Shown: positions 19,186 to 27,387 of the stretch, in pieces | Numbering within the stretch: the stretch's first letter is position 1 | Layout of the letters: every line of letters starts with the position of its first letter | IMG/VR virus record: IMGVR_UViG_3300031857_000007 | Reading direction: 5' to 3' (one strand) | Source of the DNA: a virus | Taxonomy: Duplodnaviria; Caudoviricetes | Length of the DNA: 64,000 bases | Made by a program: the position numbers and the translations under genes | The notes under the pieces: model-generated | Seen by the model: only the letters and a program-made list of their open reading frames with translations | Databases searched by the model: none | Told to the model about the DNA's origin: nothing

Positions 19186-19587
19186 TTAAATAAAATTTTC
19201 AGCATTTTCTTCTCCATAATTTAAAGTCAATTCCTCACCAGCATCAATATCCCTAATAGCATAATGCCTCATTACTTCATTTACTTTATCTATTTCATAA
19301 TCTACATTTGGATCAAAACTATGATTATACAATCCACAAAAACCCATTCCTATAATACTAAATTCATTATCTAAATTGTAACTATAACTTACACAAGAAG
19401 GAGCATTATTTAATTCTTCTAAAGGTACTTTAAAGTAAGGAAATTCCTCTAAAATTTCATATTTTTTTATTGAATCTTTTGCAAAAACTCCCCATCTATG
19501 TATATTTGATCTTTGGACTATCATTTTTTCCGAAAATATCAAATCATTTAAATGCATTGACTTGAAAGACTCAACATTTCTTCTCAT
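19186..19587 (-). CDS. SET-domain protein-lysine methyltransferase (133 aa)
   Basis: IHRWGVFAKDSIKKYEIL (GxGvFA motif), LYNHSFDPNV (NHSxxPN), AIRDIDAGEELTLNYG (ELxxxY with the catalytic Tyr); ATGA overlap with the upstream ORF. Confidence 0.92.
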   Translation of the reverse strand: MRRNVESFKSMHLNDLIFSEKMIVQRSNIHRWGVFAKDSIKKYEILEEFPYFKVPLEELNNAPSCVSYSYNLDNEFSIIGMGFCGLYNHSFDPNVDYEIDKVNEVMRHYAIRDIDAGEELTLNYGEENAENFI

Positions 19588-19853
19588 ATAGTTTGACCAA
19601 TAATTTTTTTTAATGAATCCATCTCTTGCTTCATTTCCTTTAATGCTTCAATGATAACAGGAATTAGTTGTTTGTAATCAACAGCAAGATATCCATTATC
19701 TTGCATTTCGACCATTTCAGGAAATTCTTTTTGGACTTCTTGTGCTATAACTCCATAAGAATTTCCTGTCACACCGGTTATTTCTTTCATTTTATTATTC
19801 CACTCATAATATTTTCCATTTAATCTTGTTATTTTATCAAGATACAATCCCAT
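19584..19853 (-). CDS. Peptidase_S74 intramolecular chaperone, C-terminal moiety (89 aa)
   Basis: LDKITRLNGKYYEWN, GVIAQEVQKEFPEMV, YLAVDYKQLIPVIIEALKEM coiled coil; lacks the SDxxxK start, which ends the upstream ORF; TAATG overlap. Confidence 0.85.
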   Translation of the reverse strand: MGLYLDKITRLNGKYYEWNNKMKEITGVTGNSYGVIAQEVQKEFPEMVEMQDNGYLAVDYKQLIPVIIEALKEMKQEMDSLKKIIGQTI

Positions 19854-22800
19854 TATTTCAGATTAATACTAAACAATCTATTTAGTGCATTATTGATAGG
19901 TTGAATGTTGGTTTTTAAATTAATGTCACTCATACCCATACCACCACCACCACTACTACCGCCGCCACTGCTGCCGCCACTCATTCCTCCACCACTGCTA
20001 CCACCACTACTACCGCCGCCACTGCTGCCGCCACTCATTCCTCCACCACTGCTACCACCACTACTACCGCCGCCACTGCTGCCACCACTGCTGCCGCCAC
20101 TCATTCCTCCACCACTGCTACCTCCGCCACCGCCGCTCATAGAAGCTCCGCCAGCAGATCCGCCATTATTTCCACCACCACCACCACTCATAGAACCACT
20201 AGAATTTCCTCCTCTATTGCTCGAATTTGAATTGGAAGTCACAAATCCACCAGAACCAGAACTCATATTACTTCCACCACCCATAGAACCACCTGATATA
20301 ACAATACTTGTACCAACAGATCTAGTATTATTTTTGCCAACAAATCCGTCTTTAGATCTTTGAGTAGTCGTAACTTGTTGACCTACAGTAACTGACCTAT
20401 TAGTTCCTCCAGTTCTACTTACATTTGCAATAACTTTAGTATCAGTATTTCTAGATTTTACTCCAGACTGACTTAAAATATTATTCAGTTTTTCATCGCT
20501 AACAATTCTAGCATCTAACTTATCTTGTCTAATATCCTTATCTCGGGTCTTCCTCTCAAATCTTATATCGGCTGCAGTAAGAGTAACACCTTGTTGAGCG
20601 AATATTTGTTTAGCCTCTTGGGTGGAAATGCTCTTCTTAGATTCAAGTTCAGCATAGTTGTATTCTTTTCCTTGATATGTAACGGTTTGAAGTTCAACGG
20701 CAACTGTTTTTCCAGTTCCTCTTGCAGTTGTCAATAGGTACTCTACACCAGTTGTTGGTGCGACTGGAGGATTGGGAACATCAACTGGTTTAGATAGAGG
20801 AGTATCATTATCACCTCTTCCACCACCACTAACTGGTGCGGGAGAAGGAGGAATTGAAGGAACATTGATTGGAGTAGTTTCTACAACAGTATATCCATCA
20901 GAAACAACCGAAGTTGCATCGATGACTGTTTGGTTTTCAACTCTAACATTTCTTAAAGAAAGAACATTTTCTTGAGCCTTATTAACTTTACCTTCTGCAT
21001 AGAATTTTTCTTCTGCACTAGTAATACTTCCCTGTACTTGAGAATTTAGATTGCTACTTGTCAATCTGAATAATTTTGTTCCTGTTGTAAAATAAGGATT
21101 TGTATTGATGTTTGGATTTGGAATATAGAAAGATCCTATTATAACCCCAATACTATCAGTAATTAATCTGACATCTGCAACTGTTGCTTCAGCTCCGCTA
21201 GTTTGTCCTTTTAACTTCATTCCTGGAAGAACATATCCATAATATAAACCCTGTGATTGATATGCTAAACTATATGTGTCTACATTTAGAGTAGTTGAAG
21301 TTGTAGAATACTCAGAAGGTAAAAATTCGTTTCTATTATATGGATTTGAAACATAGATATCTGAAGGATTATTATATGGACCATACTTATGATTAGAAGA
21401 ACTTACTCTAAAAGATATTGAAGGACTTTCTTGAGTATCTTGTGAAGAACCTTCGATATAACCTTTAACAGTTTCTCCAACTACAAATGATCCAAACTGC
21501 ATAGAAACTTCAATTAGTTTTGGAACAATAAATCTATTAATATCCTTTCCGTCAAAAAACGCATATACTCTTGTAGAGGGTTTTAATCTCTTTGCAACAA
21601 ATTCAATATTTCTAGATCTCATGTATGGAATTATATCCGTACTTAGAATCTTATCGCCAAGAGAAACTGTACTAAATTCTGCTTTAGTGCTAGTTCTTAA
21701 TCCTTTTCTAGCGGCTGTTCCACTAGCCAATGTAATATCATACGTTTCTTGGAAAGTATTGCCATACTCATCTTGAACAACTTCAGTTTGAGTTTGTTTA
21801 GTGGTTCCTGTCCAATTAGTTTCCCAAGATCCCCAAATTACGGGTCCAAAACCAGTTTGCTTATCTAAATCAGCAATGCTGATTTGAGAGAAAGTTTCTG
21901 TATAATTGCCTTGTACATTAATATTATTCGCTGACAATCTTACAGTATCAACCCAAATATCAGAAGAAGGTGTTAACTCTATGGTACCATTGTAATAAGC
22001 AACTCTATATGGAGCAACACTTTCAACTCTTGTGCCATAAGGTTGATCTATTTCTAAAACCTCAGTATAATCTAGTGTTATTACATCGCCAGTTCTCTTA
22101 ATTCCAGTTCCAATCAAATCGGTCACATATCCAAGATCTGCTGTTGGATCATATACTCCATCAATTCCAACAAATGAAGTTGATCCTAAAAGTAAGTCAA
22201 TTGAAGTTGTATAAGGAGAAGGTCTTAGTTCTGAGTTTTTGACATCAATACTATTCTTTACTATCGTTTTCTTTAGTTGAGACTTAGTATCTGAAAAATC
22301 ATCGACAAAGAAACCGCACTTAAATCGGTTCAATCCATTTGTGTCTCTAATTTGTAGATTGGAAGTATCACTTTCCAGAAGAGACAATGAAGTATAGTAT
22401 TCTAGATTTTTAATTCTATTTTCTAAACTAGAGATATCAACCATTCTATATCTCTTATGCTCCATCATGCTTATGTTAATGGAACTTAGATCACACAAAT
22501 ATGCGGGAAGTAGCATTGTTGCAACTTCTATAGCATCATCTGCTGGTAGTGGTGGTTGAGGATTATCTGAGGGTTCTCCTTTACTTAACTGCAAATATCC
22601 TTCTTTAGTTAAGAAAATTTTATCTATTCTAGGCAAATAATAAGAATAATCTAATAGTATTGACTCATCTGAAGCTAAAATATTAGATGCAGAATTTCCG
22701 CTAGAAGTAAATGATCTTGCCAAAAACTCAAATGGTGATCTGGATCCAGAAGTTACGGAATAATTTGATACTCTAGGTCTAATATCAATAATATCACTTG

Positions 22801-25800
22801 ACTTAACTCCATTAATTGCAGGTAAATCACAATAATCAAATTGGTTATATGAATTTATTATTGTAATATCCCCAGTGTCTGATGGCAGATAACTTGCAGA
22901 CTCAAACAATATCTTCAATCTTCTTGTTGGCTCTGAAGATGTAGTCTTTCTTACTATTCTGGAGTAATCATAAATCGTATTTGTCTGACCATTTTCAAAA
23001 GTAAAACTATTTGTAATATTCTGATCTCCAGATTCTACTTCTGTTATTATTGCTTGTATTCCAGATTCTTTAAATTTTACGGTTTCACCAACTTTAAATC
23101 TATTCTCGTTTAAGTATATTAAAGAAATTTTTAGATCATTTAGTTTTTCAGAATAGATAGCTACTGCATTACTTTCTTTTCCTACAATTTCTTCTCCAAT
23201 CAATAAATCGCCAGTTTTATTTGTTGGACCGGAAAGAGATATCATACTAATCGCAGGAAGATCTGGATTAGATGTATCATTGGACTCAAAAATACCAATT
23301 ATTTTGGTTACATCTGGTTCCATCAAGCATATGTCACTATCCTGAACTCTAGTGCCATATGGATAATTTCCATATGTCAATCCGTCATTAAATGTAGTTG
23401 ATCCGATTCCAGATCCTTCGTATTTTGATTTGTCAATTATAATTGATCTTACTCTATTTCTATTCTTAACCTTTTCTTTGATGTTAACTTTTCTTAGAGT
23501 TGCTATTAATCTAGCAGTTGTATTTGACCCTAATCCATTTATTGTAAGTTCTGTAGATCCGGAAGTAAATACAAATTTATCTGCACTTAAATTTTCTGTT
23601 TGTCCATCATATCTTATCAATACGTATCTTTCTTCATCAAATGGTAAAAAGGTTTCATTACTTCCAGCAACTATAGTTCCCGTTGAATTTGATGTGATAT
23701 TGACAATAAATTCTTTTCTGATGGTTAAATTTGAATTCTCTAAATCTACAGAAGATATGTTTTGATTTGGTAATACTGTATATAAAGTATTATCGGTTGA
23801 AGACTGGAATCTTGAAGTTAAGATATTAAAATCGCTAGGATTAATAATTGTTGTTGGCAAATCTCCTTCACATACACCAATAACTTTGTTTACTGCACTA
23901 ATTCGGATAGAATTTTGAAATACTGCCTCTATTCTTGCGTATGAGACTGTGGACAACCCAGGATTAGAGTAAGATACAATATTTCCTACTGTAGCTATAC
24001 CGGAAAATATAAATGACGAGGAAGAAACAGTGCTTATTCCACCACTTCCTGCAGTTATATTTACTTGTCCAATATTAATAGAAGGATATTGTTTTACATC
24101 TGCAGTAAAAGTTGAAGCAGAACCAACAACTCCATACAGAGATTTGATGTCATTTGGATAATAATCCGTTATTGCTGTAGAAACTCTGCTTATACTTTCG
24201 GTACCATTGAATATAATTTTTTCGCCAACTATAAAATTACCTTTGGTATTGTATGCAGTAATGATACCAGAATTGCTAGCATCAAATCTTAAAAATCCAA
24301 CAGCTCCGCTAGATTTTCCTTTAATATGAACAGAATTACTTAAAGATATTGGTTCATTTAAAAATATTTCAGTATATGTTTGAATATCATAAAGAGATAT
24401 ATCCCACTCATTAATATCTGGATATGCTGTACTATATGATCCCGATTCTAAAGCAAAATCATATACTCTTGCGAGTCCAATCTCTTTTCCTGAAGCAGTT
24501 TTTTGATCAGATCCAATCCTAGAATTTCTTAAACTTAAAGTATATGAAGTTGCAATCCCTAAGCTTGGGGATCCATAAACTCTATTTAAGGTAAATGTTG
24601 GTCCGGTTACATAATTAATACTTCTATTTTGTAATTTTTTAGTTGTCCTAGGCTTTTCAAAATCAATAAAAGTTGGAGATATGGTTTCTATCTCATATCC
24701 TCTAACAAAAGCTTTTAGTGGAGATATTTTGTAAGTACCAAGATCCTCTGAAGGTACTTTTCCATCATATGTTATCTGATCTTCTGTAAATAACCCATTG
24801 TTGCCCTTAAGATCGTTTAATGATTCTTGTACACTTAGTTTTGGTTGTACTACATAATAATCACCAGACTCTTCATAAGTCCTTCTGGCAAGTTCTTTTT
24901 GTAAAATATTATATTGTGGAGTATTAGATACTGATCTAAGAACACCATTCTCAACTTCTAGAAGTTGAACAAAATTTTCAACATCTTTTACACCTAAAGG
25001 AACCTTAGAAATTACTGCTTTTATAGATAATCTATCGGCACCTGGAGCAGAATAATTCGAAAATCCCTGTGCATTATCATTCAGCGATTTATCTTTATCT
25101 GAAGTAATAATATCTTCAAAGATTTCAAATCCAACTTTATAACTAGGAGTATTTGAGTATTGGTCTAATAGTATTGTTTGTTCTGGTACTTCAACAAAAC
25201 AACCTCTTAAAAAGTAAACTCCAGAAGAAATTATAACCGCAGAAGAAGGTGAATTACAATCTACAGAAATTGTGGACGCAATTCCCTCTCCATCTTGAAA
25301 TATTACTGATTGTTCTCTATTTAAAGAACTTTTTGTTGTTAGTGCCCCTTCAATTAATAAAATTTCTCCATCAGCAAATCCTTCATAACTATTAGTTTGA
25401 GAATCTGAATTTAAATAGTTTACATATAATGTATTATTTCCTCGATCCGAATTTGTAAAGTCTAGTACACCAATTACGGTTGCTCTTACTCCAGAATTCT
25501 GGCCCCTAAGAGTTCTTCCAATTAAACTTGGCAAATATGCAATAACATTGGTTCCCAAATACAAATTCTGAAGTTCAACAGCTTTATAACTATCAACATA
25601 GTTTACGCCACCAGGAATTACAACAGAACCTTCCTTGAAAAAATGATTTCCAAATTGTTCAATTTGATTTTGTAAAATGGATTGAATTGTTGTTAATTCT
25701 CTAGCTTGTACAGGGTACCCTGGTTTAAATAGTACCCTATAGTATCCATTTATTGCATCAAAATCATCAAAATAAGGTGATACATTGAGATTAGTTTCCT

Positions 25801-25807
25801 GGGGCAT
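19853..25807 (-). CDS. DUF4815/VrlC-like baseplate-associated protein, N-terminal part, with Gly/Ser linker and S74 N-terminal motif (1984 aa)
   Basis: MPQETNLNVSPYFDDF..YYRVLFKPGYPVQARELTTIQSILQNQIEQFG; LARRTYEESGDY; ENRIKNLEYYTSLSLLE..RFKCGFFVDDFS; ends GGGGMGMSDINLKTNIQPINNALNRLFSINLK. Confidence 0.9.
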   Translation of the reverse strand: MPQETNLNVSPYFDDFDAINGYYRVLFKPGYPVQARELTTIQSILQNQIEQFGNHFFKEGSVVIPGGVNYVDSYKAVELQNLYLGTNVIAYLPSLIGRTLRGQNSGVRATVIGVLDFTNSDRGNNTLYVNYLNSDSQTNSYEGFADGEILLIEGALTTKSSLNREQSVIFQDGEGIASTISVDCNSPSSAVIISSGVYFLRGCFVEVPEQTILLDQYSNTPSYKVGFEIFEDIITSDKDKSLNDNAQGFSNYSAPGADRLSIKAVISKVPLGVKDVENFVQLLEVENGVLRSVSNTPQYNILQKELARRTYEESGDYYVVQPKLSVQESLNDLKGNNGLFTEDQITYDGKVPSEDLGTYKISPLKAFVRGYEIETISPTFIDFEKPRTTKKLQNRSINYVTGPTFTLNRVYGSPSLGIATSYTLSLRNSRIGSDQKTASGKEIGLARVYDFALESGSYSTAYPDINEWDISLYDIQTYTEIFLNEPISLSNSVHIKGKSSGAVGFLRFDASNSGIITAYNTKGNFIVGEKIIFNGTESISRVSTAITDYYPNDIKSLYGVVGSASTFTADVKQYPSINIGQVNITAGSGGISTVSSSSFIFSGIATVGNIVSYSNPGLSTVSYARIEAVFQNSIRISAVNKVIGVCEGDLPTTIINPSDFNILTSRFQSSTDNTLYTVLPNQNISSVDLENSNLTIRKEFIVNITSNSTGTIVAGSNETFLPFDEERYVLIRYDGQTENLSADKFVFTSGSTELTINGLGSNTTARLIATLRKVNIKEKVKNRNRVRSIIIDKSKYEGSGIGSTTFNDGLTYGNYPYGTRVQDSDICLMEPDVTKIIGIFESNDTSNPDLPAISMISLSGPTNKTGDLLIGEEIVGKESNAVAIYSEKLNDLKISLIYLNENRFKVGETVKFKESGIQAIITEVESGDQNITNSFTFENGQTNTIYDYSRIVRKTTSSEPTRRLKILFESASYLPSDTGDITIINSYNQFDYCDLPAINGVKSSDIIDIRPRVSNYSVTSGSRSPFEFLARSFTSSGNSASNILASDESILLDYSYYLPRIDKIFLTKEGYLQLSKGEPSDNPQPPLPADDAIEVATMLLPAYLCDLSSINISMMEHKRYRMVDISSLENRIKNLEYYTSLSLLESDTSNLQIRDTNGLNRFKCGFFVDDFSDTKSQLKKTIVKNSIDVKNSELRPSPYTTSIDLLLGSTSFVGIDGVYDPTADLGYVTDLIGTGIKRTGDVITLDYTEVLEIDQPYGTRVESVAPYRVAYYNGTIELTPSSDIWVDTVRLSANNINVQGNYTETFSQISIADLDKQTGFGPVIWGSWETNWTGTTKQTQTEVVQDEYGNTFQETYDITLASGTAARKGLRTSTKAEFSTVSLGDKILSTDIIPYMRSRNIEFVAKRLKPSTRVYAFFDGKDINRFIVPKLIEVSMQFGSFVVGETVKGYIEGSSQDTQESPSISFRVSSSNHKYGPYNNPSDIYVSNPYNRNEFLPSEYSTTSTTLNVDTYSLAYQSQGLYYGYVLPGMKLKGQTSGAEATVADVRLITDSIGVIIGSFYIPNPNINTNPYFTTGTKLFRLTSSNLNSQVQGSITSAEEKFYAEGKVNKAQENVLSLRNVRVENQTVIDATSVVSDGYTVVETTPINVPSIPPSPAPVSGGGRGDNDTPLSKPVDVPNPPVAPTTGVEYLLTTARGTGKTVAVELQTVTYQGKEYNYAELESKKSISTQEAKQIFAQQGVTLTAADIRFERKTRDKDIRQDKLDARIVSDEKLNNILSQSGVKSRNTDTKVIANVSRTGGTNRSVTVGQQVTTTQRSKDGFVGKNNTRSVGTSIVISGGSMGGGSNMSSGSGGFVTSNSNSSNRGGNSSGSMSGGGGGNNGGSAGGASMSGGGGGSSGGGMSGGSSGGSSGGGSSGGSSGGGMSGGSSGGGSSGGSSGGGMSGGSSGGGSSGGGGMGMSDINLKTNIQPINNALNRLFSINLK
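19938..20300 (-). repeat. Gly/Ser low-complexity coding repeat; 54-bp unit (SSGGGMSGGSSGGGSSGG) x3, one copy with a 12-bp expansion
   Basis: tcattcctcc recurs at 19981, 20035 and 20101 (spacings 54 and 66 bp). Confidence 0.9.
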
Positions 25808-25813
25808 AACCGT

Positions 25814-27367
25814 TTAGAATTGCAAAATAACTTTTATATCTTCTTTTTGATTTGAAGACCTTGTTATTGAAGGTCTATTGTCAACATAAATTATATTTCC
25901 AGAATATTTTTTAACTTCTGGATCAGAAACTCCATCGACAAAAGTTTGTCCAAGATAATATGTCCTACTATTTATTGTAGTTGAGACACCACTAAAACTT
26001 GTGTCTATACCTAGATTGACACTTCCTCCATAAATTGTTAGCGAACCTCCGGATATTGGATTTGCACTAAATTCATTCATATCATATCCATAGATTGGTG
26101 TCGTATTTCTTGATCCATCACTATTAAAACCAACAAGAGTTCTATCTTGCCAGTATTTAAGAACTCCAGTGTCTTGGTCATAGAAAACAACCCTACCAAC
26201 AGCCGTTATGCCAAGACCTATAGTTTGAGTAATAAAACTATTTTCAGTAAAGACCGCTGTGCTATATCCACTACCAACAAGTTTTAATGCTGACAAACAA
26301 CTTGCTTTAGATAAAGTCAATATTGAATCCGAATTAAAACTTTCTGGATTTTCTATAATTCCAATTCTAGCAATCTTATTGCCTACAACAAAATCTGGAT
26401 TTTGTATATCATTTTCAATTCTAGAATAAATTAAGATATTGTATGCGCCCAGTTCTCGGTATATGTCATATCCATGTCCACCTTTTGGTGGAATTATTAA
26501 ATCAAACGTTGGTCTTGTAGAACCAGTTGGAACATTTCCAGATTCCAAATCAATTGTTCCGTATGTATATCCAGATCCACCTTTAGTTATCGTAACAGTA
26601 TCAACTTTAGAATCATTATTGACCACAATAGTAGCTTCTGCTCCAGATCCATCACCCTTAATAGGAACCCTGGTATAAACTCTATTTGCAGTTCCTATAC
26701 CAATACCTCTATTGGTAATAACTGCAATTTTTAGTTGACCACTAGTAGAAGCATTGTCCCTAACTGCAAAATTTTCTGCACTATTTTCCCAATCTGTTGG
26801 AACGGGAATAAAATTAATAGAATCAAATTTTACAATGTCACTTGGTTTAATTGTATAGAGATATTTCCACACATATCCATCTCCACTAGAACCTGCAGAT
26901 CTTGGTTCTAAGTCCGTAAATGTTGGTTCGTCTAAAGATGGTCTTCCTGTAGGATTTTCTGGATCTGTTCCATTATGTAGACAAATATACACTCTAAAAT
27001 CACTATTTACAACATAAAAATTTGAAGAATATATACTAGTAGCATTTGAAGGTTTAGATGTATTTGTCCTGCTAATATCATGACGATACATATCATAAGT
27101 GGTTCCGGAAGACCATGTTATTTTTCTAACCACTTGACGCACATCGTCACTTCCAATTTTTTTTAATGCTACGATAGTATCCCAATAATCGGATTCTTCG
27201 TTAAAATTATCTTTAGGTGCAAGTGGTGAAGTATCCCAAGTGGAACTATAATCTGTTGCATTGGTCAAACCAACAAATGCATAATAAGAATTTGCTGAGG
27301 AAGTTGCTGCAGAAACAAAATTTTTTGCATTTAATATTCTAAATTGATCAGTTATAATTGCAGACAT
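25814..27367 (-). CDS. gp8: Baseplate wedge subunit gp8 (517 aa)
   Basis: MSAIITDQFRILNAKNFV, YDMYRHD, FYVVNSDFRVYICLHNG, DGYVWKYLYTI, GNIIYVDNRPSITRSSNQKEDIKVILQF. Confidence 0.93.
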   Translation of the reverse strand: MSAIITDQFRILNAKNFVSAATSSANSYYAFVGLTNATDYSSTWDTSPLAPKDNFNEESDYWDTIVALKKIGSDDVRQVVRKITWSSGTTYDMYRHDISRTNTSKPSNATSIYSSNFYVVNSDFRVYICLHNGTDPENPTGRPSLDEPTFTDLEPRSAGSSGDGYVWKYLYTIKPSDIVKFDSINFIPVPTDWENSAENFAVRDNASTSGQLKIAVITNRGIGIGTANRVYTRVPIKGDGSGAEATIVVNNDSKVDTVTITKGGSGYTYGTIDLESGNVPTGSTRPTFDLIIPPKGGHGYDIYRELGAYNILIYSRIENDIQNPDFVVGNKIARIGIIENPESFNSDSILTLSKASCLSALKLVGSGYSTAVFTENSFITQTIGLGITAVGRVVFYDQDTGVLKYWQDRTLVGFNSDGSRNTTPIYGYDMNEFSANPISGGSLTIYGGSVNLGIDTSFSGVSTTINSRTYYLGQTFVDGVSDPEVKKYSGNIIYVDNRPSITRSSNQKEDIKVILQF

Positions 27368-27380
27368 TTTTAACGTTTTT

Positions 27381-27387
27381 TATTTAT
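27381..27387 (-). promoter_or_regulatory. T4-type late promoter (ATAAATA)
   Basis: tatttattta on + strand, 14 bp upstream of gp8. Confidence 0.6.

Noticed and set aside
19845-19870. Programmed -1 frameshift joining the two S74 parts
   Set aside because: Only three codons are open in the new frame before the ATG and there is no X XXY YYZ slippery site; TAATG coupling is simpler. Not fully excluded.
19128-20880. Intein or self-splicing intron explaining the DUF4815 split
   Set aside because: No Hint-domain motifs (N-terminal Cys/Ser block, C-terminal HN) or group I/II core elements were recognised, and the downstream half has its own start and late promoter. An Infernal search would be the definitive test.
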